Below, one piece after another: positions 1-9,886 of a DNA stretch of 64,000 bases. The position numbers and the translations under genes are program-made. Within the stretch, counting starts at the first letter, position 1. Each line of letters opens with the position of its first letter. Location of the stretch: assembly GCA_040400815.1 (NCBI GenBank), contig JBBAPN010000007.1, forward strand, positions 9,926 through 73,925, in the 5' to 3' direction. Under the pieces are notes generated by a model that saw only the letters and a list, made by a program, of their open reading frames with translations, did no database searches and was not told the DNA's origin. The DNA comes from Polaromonas sp. (GTDB taxonomy: Bacteria > Pseudomonadota > Gammaproteobacteria > Burkholderiales > Burkholderiaceae_C).

Positions 1-380
1 TGAGCACCTACTCAGCCCGCAAACTTGGCATGCGCACGACCGGCAACGCCGGCGGTTCGCACAACCTGGTGATGACCAGCCGCAAGACCCGCGCGGGCGA
101 CGACCTCGACGCCATGCTGAAAAAACTCGGCACCGGTTTGTTTGTCACCGAGCTGATGGGCCAAGGCGTGAACTACGTGACTGGCGATTACTCGCGCGGT
201 GCATCAGGTTTTTGGGTCGAAAAAGGCCAGATCGCTTTTCCGGTGGAAGAAATCACCATCGCCGGCAACCTGAAAGACATGCTGATGGGTATTCAGGCTG
301 TGGGCGCGGACGCCTACAACTACGGTGCTAAAACCGTGGGCTCGATTCTGGTCAACCGGATGAAGGTGGCGGGCTCCTGA
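1..380 (+). CDS. pmbA: PmbA/TldE metalloprotease subunit, C-terminal part (5' end outside window)
   Basis: Typical PmbA C-terminus: TTGNAGG, ELMGQGVNYVTGDYSRGASGFWVE, PVEEITIAGNL. Confidence 0.9.
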   Translation, partial: STYSARKLGMRTTGNAGGSHNLVMTSRKTRAGDDLDAMLKKLGTGLFVTELMGQGVNYVTGDYSRGASGFWVEKGQIAFPVEEITIAGNLKDMLMGIQAVGADAYNYGAKTVGSILVNRMKVAGS

Positions 381-394
381 GCTGGCTCAGTTGA

Positions 395-1378
395 TCATTC
401 CACTTTGGCGCCCGAGGCCGTCACTGCGTCGCGCCACTTGACGCGTTCACGGGCGGCAAAGGCCGCTGTTTCTTGCGGGCTGGCCGATACAAACTTCGCG
501 CCGGTGTTGAAAAACTGCTCCTGCATCGCGGTTTCTTTGGAAATTTCTTGCACCACTTTTGAGAATTTCTCAACGATGGCCATTGGCGTGGCGGCCGGCA
601 AAACCAGAGCACCCCACGAGGTCACGATGAAGTCAGAAATACCGACTTCGGCCATGGTCGGTACGTCTGGCAACGAAGGCCAGCGCTCCCGGTATGTCAC
701 GGCCAAAGCCCGCACCCGCGCACCGCGCAACATGGGTGTCTGGTTGACGATGTTGTCGATCGAGCAGTCGATGCGTCCGGCCGCCAGTTCTGCCGAGGCT
801 TGCGCGCCGCCCTTGAAGGGCACATGAATCGCCTTGATGCTGACCTTTTGGGCGAACGCTGCGCCTGACAGGTGGGGCGTGGTGCCGATTCCCGACGAGC
901 TGTAGGTGATGCCGTCGTTTTGGCTGCGCGCCCAAGCCAGCCATTCCTTGAAGTCTTTGGCAGGGTGTCCCGCTGGGATCACCAGGACGTTGGTGTTTTC
1001 CCAAAAGGTGGAAACTGGCACAAAGTCCTTCACCGGGTCGAAGTTCAATTTTGAATACATGAACTGGTTGATCGACAAAGTTCCGATCGTTGCCGAGCAC
1101 GCCGTGTAGCCATCGGCTGGCGCTTTGGCGACGGCTTCCATGCTGAGGTTGCCGCCGGCACCAGGCCGGTTTTCAACAATGAAAGGTTGGCCAAGACGCT
1201 GTTGCAGGCGCTGCGCCAATAGGCGGGTCAGGATGTCTGAAGCACCGCCTGCAGCAAATCCGTTGATCAGTTTGACCGGGCGCTCAGGCCAGGCGCTGGC
1301 TTGCGCACGGGCCAACGGATGCAGGCCGATGACTGCAAATGCAGCGCCGGATTGGAGAACTGACCGTCGGTGAAGCAT
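395..1378 (-). CDS. Bug/TctC tripartite tricarboxylate transporter substrate-binding protein
   Basis: WPERPVKLI, GGASDILTR, VENRPGAGG, PDVPTMAE motifs; Tat-like RRSVLQ signal; start placed at ATG 1378 after AGGA. Confidence 0.9.
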   Translation of the reverse strand: MLHRRSVLQSGAAFAVIGLHPLARAQASAWPERPVKLINGFAAGGASDILTRLLAQRLQQRLGQPFIVENRPGAGGNLSMEAVAKAPADGYTACSATIGTLSINQFMYSKLNFDPVKDFVPVSTFWENTNVLVIPAGHPAKDFKEWLAWARSQNDGITYSSSGIGTTPHLSGAAFAQKVSIKAIHVPFKGGAQASAELAAGRIDCSIDNIVNQTPMLRGARVRALAVTYRERWPSLPDVPTMAEVGISDFIVTSWGALVLPAATPMAIVEKFSKVVQEISKETAMQEQFFNTGAKFVSASPQETAAFAARERVKWRDAVTASGAKVE

Positions 1379-1611
1379 GTTTTTTTCCTGATGAGTCAGT
1401 GACACTTTTTAATTGTTTAACTAGTTTAATGAAAATTACCCTAGAAAGACACCCTAGGGTGCTGGTTTTCTGGTCATCAGTGGCTTTCCGTGGGCGTTCC
1501 TAATTCGTAGGGGAATGTACTAGTGAGTATTTTTTTAAAAAATTCTAAGATAAAAAAGACGTTCAAGTCTCTTTATTTTTTAGATTCCTTGCTTTTTCGA
1601 AAGTGTTCACC

Positions 1612-2865
1612 ATGACCTTCATTTCTTTTTTTAATGTTGCTCACCCCTTTTGCAAACCTGCACAGGCCTTACGCCGGGGTGGGTTGATCCTGAGCTTGGC
1701 GACGGCCATGACAGCCGCTTGGTCTTTTGAAGCGCCTGATGACGGTGTCTACAAAGATCGGATTGATTGGGGCGTCATGATGGACTTGAGTGGCCCGACC
1801 GCCGCCAATGAGGTGCCTTGGACCAACGGCGTCAAGGCCTACATCCGCAAAGTTAACGATGAAGGCGGCATCAACGGCCGAAAAATCAACTTGCTGGTCG
1901 AGGACGACCGCTATGACACGTCTTTGGTGCGTGTGAATTATGAGCGTTTGGTCACGCAGACCAATGTGCTGGCTATTTCCGGTATGGGCAGTTCGTCTGC
2001 GCAGGCTTCCTTGATGCCGCAGATCAAACGCGGGCCAGTGCCGATTGTGGGCGCTTATGCCCTCAATAAGTCTGGCTATGAGCCAGCCAATTCAATGTAT
2101 TACGCTGGCTTTTGCGGCACCAAAGAGATGGCTCAGGCTGGCGTTGGTTATTTCAATGATCGGCTTAAACTGAAGAATCCCAAGGTAGCGGTGGTTCACT
2201 TGGACGTTGCCGGTGGCAAAGAATTTGCAGACTATATCGGCGCTGAAGTTGCCAAGATGAGTGGTTCTTCCAAAGCATTTCCGGTCAAAACAGGTGCGGC
2301 CGATGTGACGGCGCAAGTGCTAGAGATCGCCACCATGAAACCAGATTTGGTGGCCATTTATGGCATCCCCAACAACTCGATTTTGACCATGCGCACCTTG
2401 CTTCAATATGGCTTGAAGATTCCTGCTTTCGGCATCACGCACCTGGGAACCCCAGAAATCTACACCGCCATGGGGGCGGAAGCTGCGGCCAATTACTACT
2501 TCATGAGTTGCTTTTCGCCGGCCGAGTCTGAGGACACGCCCGGCCTGCGCGATATGTCTGCCGCCGCCGACAAATATGGCTACGGCAACCAGAAGTCAAA
2601 TGTCAATTTTGTGGGCGGTTGGGTTGTTGGGCAATTGATTGCGGAGTCCTTGCGCAGCGTGGGCGCCGAGCCGACCCGCGCCAAATTGGTGGCCCTGTTG
2701 AACGCTGGATTTCAGATTGACACCAGAGGGGTTTCTTCGCCACTGAAATACACCAAGGACGATCACCGCGGTTTGGTCAACTTGCGGGCTTATACCTTTG
2801 ACTTTCAGTCCAAGAAGTTCAAGTCTTTCGGTCAGTACGCTGACTATGAAAAATACATGAAGTAA
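1612..2865 (+). CDS. ABC substrate-binding protein, branched-chain amino acid (Liv/PBP1) fold, paralog 1
   Basis: DLSGPTA, NDEGGINGRKINLLVEDDRY; signal peptide ending AWS; start uncertain (1603 or 1612). Confidence 0.85.
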   Translation: MTFISFFNVAHPFCKPAQALRRGGLILSLATAMTAAWSFEAPDDGVYKDRIDWGVMMDLSGPTAANEVPWTNGVKAYIRKVNDEGGINGRKINLLVEDDRYDTSLVRVNYERLVTQTNVLAISGMGSSSAQASLMPQIKRGPVPIVGAYALNKSGYEPANSMYYAGFCGTKEMAQAGVGYFNDRLKLKNPKVAVVHLDVAGGKEFADYIGAEVAKMSGSSKAFPVKTGAADVTAQVLEIATMKPDLVAIYGIPNNSILTMRTLLQYGLKIPAFGITHLGTPEIYTAMGAEAAANYYFMSCFSPAESEDTPGLRDMSAAADKYGYGNQKSNVNFVGGWVVGQLIAESLRSVGAEPTRAKLVALLNAGFQIDTRGVSSPLKYTKDDHRGLVNLRAYTFDFQSKKFKSFGQYADYEKYMK

Positions 2866-2870
2866 GCCTG

Positions 2871-3929
2871 ATGAACACCATGCGTTGCTTTCATCTGACG
2901 GGGTTTGGCCGGGCCTTGGTGCCCGTTGACAAGTCCAAGCCCGTGCCTGTCGGTTCTGAGGTGCTGCTCAAAGTGCTGGCCTCTGGGGTCTGTCACAGTG
3001 ACCTGCACATTTCAGACGGCAGCATTGACTTGGGCAATGACGAGGTGGTCTCGTTCGAGTCGCGCTGCAGTTTTCCCTTCACGCCGGGTCACGAGACCAG
3101 TGGCGAAGTGATCGCCATGGGGCCGGAGGTCAAGGGCGTTTCAATCGGCGACAAATGCCTTGTCTGCAGTTGGATCGGCTGTGGTGATTGCAGCTTTTGC
3201 CAGCAAGACCAAGAGCATTTGTGCACCCAATCCCGTTTTTTGGGCGTCAACCGGGATGGTGGTTATGCCGATCATTTGCTGGTGCCGCATGCTCGTTACC
3301 TGATTGATTTGGGCGACTTAGACCCGGTCATGGCTGCGCCCTTGGCTTGTGCGGGACTGACAACCTACAGCGCCTTGAAAAAAGGCGGTCTCCGGGCCTT
3401 GCATGAGCCGGTGGTGGTGATCGGCGCGGGTGGTTTGGGCCTAATGGCCGTCAATATTCTGAATCTCATGGGCGGCAAGGGTGCTGTCGTGTTGGAAATT
3501 GACGCCAAAAAACGCCAGGCTGCACTGGACTGCGGGGCGCTCGCGGCGATTGACCCGACGCTGCCCGATGCCGATCAGCAAATTCGCCGGGCGGTGGGTG
3601 GACCAATTCATTTTGTCCTCGACTTGGTTGGCAGCGGCCAGACCGCCGCTCAGGGTTTTCGTCTGCTAGACCGCAGCGGTAAGTTGCTGGTGGTGGGCAT
3701 GTTCGGTGGCGCCATGTCCTTGTCGGTCCCGTTGTTGGCGATTCGCTCGGCGACGATTCAAGGCAGCTACATTGGCAGTCCGAATGAATTGCGCGAACTC
3801 ATTGCCTTGATTCAAGCCACCCGGATGCCTGTCGTGCCAATTGACCGGCGAAGGCTGGAAGATGCCAACGCTGCGCTGAGTGACCTGCGGGCTGGCTTGG
3901 TCGTCGGTCGCGTCGTGATGATTCCTTGA
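2871..3929 (+). CDS. Zn-dependent alcohol dehydrogenase (MDR family)
   Basis: GVCHSDLH, GHE, structural Zn motif CGDCSFC-x7-C, GAGGLG. Confidence 0.92.
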   Translation: MNTMRCFHLTGFGRALVPVDKSKPVPVGSEVLLKVLASGVCHSDLHISDGSIDLGNDEVVSFESRCSFPFTPGHETSGEVIAMGPEVKGVSIGDKCLVCSWIGCGDCSFCQQDQEHLCTQSRFLGVNRDGGYADHLLVPHARYLIDLGDLDPVMAAPLACAGLTTYSALKKGGLRALHEPVVVIGAGGLGLMAVNILNLMGGKGAVVLEIDAKKRQAALDCGALAAIDPTLPDADQQIRRAVGGPIHFVLDLVGSGQTAAQGFRLLDRSGKLLVVGMFGGAMSLSVPLLAIRSATIQGSYIGSPNELRELIALIQATRMPVVPIDRRRLEDANAALSDLRAGLVVGRVVMIP

Positions 3930-3957
3930 CAGCTTGAAAGCTTGAAAGCTTGACAGG
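3926..3957. repeat. 8-bp tandem repeat TTGA(C/A)AG(C/G) x4 between convergent genes
   Basis: TTGACAGC TTGAAAGC TTGAAAGC TTGACAGG read directly. Confidence 0.9.
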
Positions 3958-3959
3958 AT

Positions 3960-5564
3960 TCAGGGGGTGAAGTCGAAGCCCTCATAGCCCTTGTCAACAA
4001 TGGCCTGACATTCTCTGCGGTAGACCCCGATGCGGGCGACGTAGGGCATGAAGACGCGCGGCTTGCCGGGGATGTTGGCGCCAATGAACCAAGAGTTAGC
4101 CAGCGGCAGCAGGGTTCGGTCAGCCGCCGCGTTGACGTGACCGACCCAGTTGTCCTCGGCTTGCAAAGTGGCGTCGATCGTCGCCAATTGCTGACTGCGC
4201 AAATGGTTCAGGCAGTCGCAAATCCATTCCACATGGTGTTCGATGCCAACCACCATATTGACCAGCACCGACGGACTGCCGGCACCGGTGACGATGAACA
4301 TATTGGGGAAGCCGGCGGTCATCAAACCGAGATAAGTGCGCGGGCCGTTGGCCCATTTTTGCTTGAGCTGTTGGCCACCGACACCGCGGATGTCGATGTT
4401 CAGTAACGCGCCGGTCAAGGCGTCGTAGCCGGTCGCACAGACCAGCGCGTCCAACTCAAAGGTGGCGTCGCTGGTGTGCACGCCGCTGGCTGAGACCTCG
4501 GCGATGGGTGTTTTTTTCAAATCCACCAAGGTCACGTTGTCGCGGTTGAAAGATGCGTAATAACCAGTGTCGACACAAATGCGTTTGGCGCCCAAGGGAT
4601 GGTCGTACGGGCACAGTGACTCGGCGACTTGGGGGTCCTTGACGATGCCACGGATGCGGGCGCGCACGAAGTCGGCGATGGTGTCGTTGGCGCTTTTGTT
4701 GGTCATCAAATCATTGAAGGCGTGAACGAAATTCACGCCGCCTCGGTCCCATCGACGCTGGTATTCGGCTTCCCGTTCGTCTTGGCTGACTTGCGCCGCG
4801 CCCTGGTCGCTGAAATCGTACAAAGAACCGACCTCGCGGGCCCGCAGCCGGTAGTCGCGGTAGATTTTTTTCCAAGCTTGCTGCACCGCCGGTTGCAAGG
4901 GTTCGTTCCAAGCGGGAATCGAAAAATTGGCGGTTCTTTGAAACACCACCAGCGCTTTGGCTTGCTTGGCAATCGCCGTGATGGCTTGGATGCCGGACGA
5001 GCCGGTGCCGATGATGCCGACCCGCTTGTCACTGAAATCAACCAGCGTGTGCGGCCACGCGCCGGTGTGATAAATGGGACCCGAAAAATCGGCAATGCCC
5101 GCAATGTCTGGCAAACGCGTGACCGACAAAGCGCCGGTCGCCATGACGCAAAAACGGGCCGATACCTGTTCACCGGTGTCGGTCGAGACCTGCCAGCGAC
5201 AGGTCTTTTCATCAAAGACTGCGGCTGTGACGCGGCTGTTGAAGGTGATGTCGCGGCGCAAGTCAAAGCGCTCGGCGACATGCTCGATGTAGCGCAGTAT
5301 TTCGGGTTGTGCGGCGTATTTTTCGGTCCAAACCCACTCTTGTTCCAGAGCGCTTGAAAACGACAAGGAGTACTGCAGGCTTTCCACATCGCAGCGCGCG
5401 CCGGGGTATCGGTTCCAGTACCAGACACCGCCGACATCGGCCGCGGCCTCGATCACCCGGGCGGTGAAACCCATGCCACGCGCGTTGTGCAACATGTGCA
5501 GCCCTGCAAAGCCGGCACCGATGATGAGGACGTCAACTTCTAGCGCTGTCTGTGACATGTTCAT
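3960..5564 (-). CDS. Type I Baeyer-Villiger monooxygenase (CHMO/PAMO/steroid monooxygenase-like), copy A
   Basis: GAGFAG, GGVWYWNRYPGARCD, fingerprint FSGPIYHTGAWP, GTGSSG, ATGYD. Confidence 0.95.
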   Translation of the reverse strand: MNMSQTALEVDVLIIGAGFAGLHMLHNARGMGFTARVIEAAADVGGVWYWNRYPGARCDVESLQYSLSFSSALEQEWVWTEKYAAQPEILRYIEHVAERFDLRRDITFNSRVTAAVFDEKTCRWQVSTDTGEQVSARFCVMATGALSVTRLPDIAGIADFSGPIYHTGAWPHTLVDFSDKRVGIIGTGSSGIQAITAIAKQAKALVVFQRTANFSIPAWNEPLQPAVQQAWKKIYRDYRLRAREVGSLYDFSDQGAAQVSQDEREAEYQRRWDRGGVNFVHAFNDLMTNKSANDTIADFVRARIRGIVKDPQVAESLCPYDHPLGAKRICVDTGYYASFNRDNVTLVDLKKTPIAEVSASGVHTSDATFELDALVCATGYDALTGALLNIDIRGVGGQQLKQKWANGPRTYLGLMTAGFPNMFIVTGAGSPSVLVNMVVGIEHHVEWICDCLNHLRSQQLATIDATLQAEDNWVGHVNAAADRTLLPLANSWFIGANIPGKPRVFMPYVARIGVYRRECQAIVDKGYEGFDFTP

Positions 5565-5570
5565 CAGGGG

Positions 5571-6668
5571 CTATGCCTTGTAACCTAATCGTGCGGACAG
5601 GCGCTCTGCCGCGTCGCGCAAGCGGGCTACGGCGGGGTCTTGCAAGTTGAAGCTGGAGTCGCCCATCATGGTCAGCGCCAGCACGATCGAACCCGAGGCG
5701 TCAAAGACTGGCGCACTGAAGGCATTCACGCCCAGTTCGTTGACGTCAACAATGACCGCATCCTCGATCGAGGCCAGCCGTTCTGTGCGTACTTTGGTCA
5801 GGTAGGCGTCGACAGCGTCACGGGTTTTGAAGAGCGAATCGTTGAGGTGGTGTTGGGCGGCAATTTCAGCATCCAAGTAGCGGCTGGTGAGCTGCGGCTC
5901 CGAAAAAGCGGCGAAGACCTTGCCCGTCGACGAGCCCAGCAGGGGGATGACCATGCCGGCTCGCAAGTGCACGTGCAGCGGTTTGCTCGCTTCGATCCAC
6001 CAGATCAAGGTTGGGCCCATATTGCCCCAGACACCCAGGCCGACCGTTTTATCTGTTTCGCGGTTCAGGTCTTCTAAGCACGGCCGTGCCAAATGCACGG
6101 CCCGTTGGGTCGCGATATTGCCTGAACCGACGTCGCCCTTGAGCGTGTTGTCGTAGGGATGGACCACCATATAGCGACCCGCGCCAAAGGCCAGTGGCTT
6201 GCGAGCGCTGCCCAGCAGGCGCTCAACGCGGCCCAAAAACAGCAGGTGGTCGCCGCCGGGGTAAGTCGCTTCGGTGCTGCATTCCAGGTAGGCAGCGCAG
6301 CCGTCGATCAGCGGCAAGCCGCCCAAGCCCGGCGTGGTAGCGACGCCGACAAAGCGGTCTGCCCCCGACTTGGCAAACTTGTTCGACACATCGACCTGGT
6401 CTTCCGAAAGGATGTTGACCACAAAGCGCTTGGCTTGGCTGAAGGCTGGAAAAGCGCTGGCGTTCATGCGCAAACTCCAAACGATCAGCGGCGGGTCGAG
6501 CGAGACCGAGTTGAACGAGTTGGCGGTCATGCCGAATGGCACACCCTCGTCGTCCAGAATGGTGATCACGGTCACGCCGGTGACGAAGGAGCCCAGGCAC
6601 TGGCGAAGCTCGGCCGGGTCAATCGCGGTGGCGAGCGAGGCGGCAGTCTGTTGGTCGGTCATGTTCAT
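5571..6668 (-). CDS. Flavin reductase (HpaC/RutF-type) fused to a C-terminal IclR-type effector-binding domain, no HTH
   Basis: N-half: FVTGVTVIT, GMTANSFNSVSLDPPL, GGDH. C-half: PCLEDLNRETDKTVGL, PLLGSSTGKVFAAF, FSAPVFDASGSIVLALT, AAERLSARLG. Confidence 0.85.
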   Translation of the reverse strand: MNMTDQQTAASLATAIDPAELRQCLGSFVTGVTVITILDDEGVPFGMTANSFNSVSLDPPLIVWSLRMNASAFPAFSQAKRFVVNILSEDQVDVSNKFAKSGADRFVGVATTPGLGGLPLIDGCAAYLECSTEATYPGGDHLLFLGRVERLLGSARKPLAFGAGRYMVVHPYDNTLKGDVGSGNIATQRAVHLARPCLEDLNRETDKTVGLGVWGNMGPTLIWWIEASKPLHVHLRAGMVIPLLGSSTGKVFAAFSEPQLTSRYLDAEIAAQHHLNDSLFKTRDAVDAYLTKVRTERLASIEDAVIVDVNELGVNAFSAPVFDASGSIVLALTMMGDSSFNLQDPAVARLRDAAERLSARLGYKA

Positions 6669-6672
6669 GCCA

Positions 6673-7986
6673 TCAGCCCATTAAATTCTCGCGGAAGGTT
6701 TGACCGCTGTACGATTTACGAAAGATGCCGCGTTGCTGGAGCAGCGGCACGACATGGTCAACGAAATCGTCAATGCTGTCTGGATTGGTGGTCGGGCTCA
6801 GGTTAAAGCCGTAGCAACCCGTGGCACGCCAAATTCGCTCGAACTCGCTGGCCACCTGCTCGGGCGTGCCGATGACTTGGGGAATGCCGACGGACAGCGC
6901 CCACTTGGAAGCGGCTTCGCGCAGGGTCAGGGTTTTGCCATCGCCGCCGTTCATGAAGACCGCCAAAAGTCCTTGCGAGGCTTGGCTCTGCAGTTCGGCC
7001 AGCGGCTTGTCGGGATCGAACTTGCTCAAGTCGGTGCCGATGATGCCGGACAGTCGCGCCAGTGTGGCGTCCAGCGGAATGCGCTCGATCAACTCTTCGG
7101 CGCGCTGTTTGGCTTCGGCTTCCGTACTGCGCACGATCGGTTGGAGACCAAAAATAATCTTCAGATCGTCTGGATTGGTACCGTGCTTGACGGCTGCTGC
7201 GCGCAAGTTGTCGGTGCTCTTGATCATGCCGGGCACATGGTTGTGGATGGCGAAAATCACTTCGGCATGCTTCATGGCGAATTCCATGCCACGGCCTGAA
7301 GAGCCGGCTTGAAACCGCAGCGGCAGTCCGTAGTCGGAAGGCAGCACCGGACCGACAGCCTTGCAGCTGAGGTATTTGCCTTTGTAGTCGACTGGCTGGA
7401 TCAAGTCGGGGTCGGCGAACTGGCCGCTGGTCTTGTCCATCAAGATGGCCTTCTTCGGCACGCTGTCCCACAGACGGTAGCAAATGTCCATGAATTCGTC
7501 GGCTTGGTCATAACGTTCGTCGTGCGGCGTTTGGGAACCTAGTCCATTGGCCAATTGCTCTGCTTCGCTGAAGCCGCAGACGATGTTCCAGCCGACCCGA
7601 CCGCGGCTGAGGTAGTTCAGCGTCGAGATGCGACGTGTTGCCAAATAAGGCGTCGAGCCCGTGGTGGACAAGGTCACGCCAATGCCCAGATGGGTGGTGG
7701 CCGCAGCCATCACCGCGACCAGCGGCATCGGGTCGTGGTTGGGCCAAGACACGCCGTACTGAACGGAGGGCACGACGCTGCCTTTGTAGACCGCGTGCGT
7801 GGCTGGACTGTCCGCAAAAAAGACCCCGTCAAAGCACCCGCGTTCCAAAGTGCGCGCCACATGCTGCCAGTAAGTAAAATCTTGCAGGCCGCCTAGTTGG
7901 TCGTCTTTCGGGTCTGTCCAACTCATCAGCGTGTGGGTGGTGGCCGTGGAGACCAGCATTTGCATCAAATGCATTTCAGATGACAT
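6673..7986 (-). CDS. NtaA/DmoA/SnaA-family FMNH2-dependent (luciferase-like) monooxygenase
   Basis: LERGCFDGVFFAD, SRGRVGWNIV, HDERYDQADEF, FQAGSSGRG, VVPLLQQRGIFRKSYSGQTFRENL. Confidence 0.92.
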   Translation of the reverse strand: MSSEMHLMQMLVSTATTHTLMSWTDPKDDQLGGLQDFTYWQHVARTLERGCFDGVFFADSPATHAVYKGSVVPSVQYGVSWPNHDPMPLVAVMAAATTHLGIGVTLSTTGSTPYLATRRISTLNYLSRGRVGWNIVCGFSEAEQLANGLGSQTPHDERYDQADEFMDICYRLWDSVPKKAILMDKTSGQFADPDLIQPVDYKGKYLSCKAVGPVLPSDYGLPLRFQAGSSGRGMEFAMKHAEVIFAIHNHVPGMIKSTDNLRAAAVKHGTNPDDLKIIFGLQPIVRSTEAEAKQRAEELIERIPLDATLARLSGIIGTDLSKFDPDKPLAELQSQASQGLLAVFMNGGDGKTLTLREAASKWALSVGIPQVIGTPEQVASEFERIWRATGCYGFNLSPTTNPDSIDDFVDHVVPLLQQRGIFRKSYSGQTFRENLMG

Positions 7987-8024
7987 GGGGAATTTCTTTC
8001 AGACAGATAAAACGAAGCGGTGGT

Positions 8025-8519
8025 TCAGCGGATCAGGGACTTGACGTAGTCGTCACCCAAACCCACTTCGCGGCAATGCTTGGCGTAGCGGTCTAGGCGC
8101 AAAAAGACATCGTCGTAGTCAACCGCATTGCCTTGTTCATCCAGATAAATCAGTGGGCCCATGACATGAAACAAAGCCGTCATCTTGCCCGCCTCTGGGT
8201 CGATGTACAGCGTGTGGATGTGGCCTGCTGGCTCGTAGGCAAAGCTGCCCGCACGTGAAACCCAGTCGTGTTCGCGGTAGCCCCAGGCGCCATCAATCGT
8301 CCAGGCGGTGACGGGGGCTGCGTGGCGGTGACGCTGAATGGTGCCTTGACCCACGGCCTTGAGAATACTGACCCAGCCGCCATTGGTGACGTCGAACATC
8401 AGCGGGCGAACCATGCCCATCTTTCCCATTGCGTACCATTTTTCGTCCTCAACCATGACGTCTGGAGCGAACATTTCGGGCCGGGTGTAGGGCGAAGATT
8501 GAATATTGACCATGAACAT
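8025..8519 (-). CDS. Cupin dioxygenase, 2,4'-dihydroxyacetophenone dioxygenase (DAD)-like
   Basis: RHRH-x8-GAWGYREHDW-x4-GSFAYEPAGHIHTL three-His cupin motif; start may be ATG 8513. Confidence 0.8.
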   Translation of the reverse strand: MFMVNIQSSPYTRPEMFAPDVMVEDEKWYAMGKMGMVRPLMFDVTNGGWVSILKAVGQGTIQRHRHAAPVTAWTIDGAWGYREHDWVSRAGSFAYEPAGHIHTLYIDPEAGKMTALFHVMGPLIYLDEQGNAVDYDDVFLRLDRYAKHCREVGLGDDYVKSLIR

Positions 8520-8892
8520 TTCCTTTGAAAGTGATCTGAAAAACGAAAAAAATGAGCCGCAAAGACAGAACTTTGGATGGATAAAACGGATATTTTTACC
8601 GAAAAGGCGTTTAATATTCTGAATGGTAGTCTTTGACTACTTATCGGTATATTAGGGTTTCCACTAGTTTTGGGTCGGTTCGCTTTGCAAGCGAACCTGA
8701 ATTGACTATAGAGGCTTGAAATGCCGATCCGTCATCGCTACAACCAAGGGTAAACCAGTATTTTTTCGGCTGATCCGCTTGTTATATTTTCGAAAATTAA
8801 AATTAAAATTCTTAAATTCGAAAAACCTAAAGCGCTTTTCAAACGACTAAATCTACCCTGTTGAGGCTGCGACTTGCCTCTTAGAAAGCCCC

Positions 8893-9843
8893 ATGAGCCC
8901 CCTCGCCCCCGACGTTAAAAAACTGCTGGAACTGGCCCAAAAAAGCGGTCGGCCGCCATTTGAAGCGCTGAGTCCAGCTGACGCGCGCAGCGCCTACGCA
9001 GCCGGCTGGGATGTGGTGCAATCCCCTGCCGAGAGCGTGGCCTCTGTGCGCGATCTGAGCATTTCAGGCCCGGGCGGCGCGCTGAATTTGCGGGTCTACC
9101 GGGGGGCTGATACCCAGCCTGAAGCCTTGCTGCCAAGCTTGGTGTTCCTGCATGGCGGTGGCTGGGTCATTGGCAATCTCGACAGCCATGACCGACTGTG
9201 TCGGCAACTCGCCAACCGCGCCCGCTGCTGCGTGGTAGCAGTCGACTACCGCTTGGCGCCTGAGCACGTCTTTCCGGCCGCCGTCGATGATTGTGCTGCT
9301 GCTTGGCGGTGGGTCGCAGAGCACAGTGCTGAACTCGCCATTATTCCGGGCCGACTGGCTGTCGGGGGCGACAGTGCCGGCGGTAATTTGGCCGCAGTGC
9401 TCGCGCTGATGGGGCGGGATGGCACTTTGCCGCCGGCTATTTTTCAGTTGTTGATGTACCCCGTGGTCGACCTGCGCGCCCAAAGTCCGTCCTACCAGCG
9501 CGTCACTGCGGGTGTTCCGCTGACGGCTGCCACCATGCATTACTTCATCGGTCACTATGCGCCCGATCAAGCCGACAGGCTTGACTGGCGTGCCTCGCCT
9601 TGGCTGGCGGGCAGTCTGCTCAACACGCCACCGGCTTTGGTCTTGACGGTGGGCAACGACCCGCTGTGCGATGAAGGTCGGGCTTATGCGCAAAGGCTCG
9701 AAGACGAGGGTGTGCGCGTGACGGCATTGCACCTGAACGACCAGATTCACGGCGTCATGACCCAGGGCAACTTTGTCAAAGCCAGTCACTTTTTAGTGGA
9801 TTACTTGGGTGCCGTTTTGGGTGATGAGTTGCATCGAGCCTGA
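8893..9843 (+). CDS. HSL-family alpha/beta hydrolase (esterase/lactonase)
   Basis: HGGGW, VDYRLAPEH, GDSAGG, DPLCDEG, HG. Confidence 0.93.
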   Translation: MSPLAPDVKKLLELAQKSGRPPFEALSPADARSAYAAGWDVVQSPAESVASVRDLSISGPGGALNLRVYRGADTQPEALLPSLVFLHGGGWVIGNLDSHDRLCRQLANRARCCVVAVDYRLAPEHVFPAAVDDCAAAWRWVAEHSAELAIIPGRLAVGGDSAGGNLAAVLALMGRDGTLPPAIFQLLMYPVVDLRAQSPSYQRVTAGVPLTAATMHYFIGHYAPDQADRLDWRASPWLAGSLLNTPPALVLTVGNDPLCDEGRAYAQRLEDEGVRVTALHLNDQIHGVMTQGNFVKASHFLVDYLGAVLGDELHRA

Positions 9844-9886
9844 GTGCGCTTTGGCCACACACTTTTTATTTTGAAAACGAGAGTCC

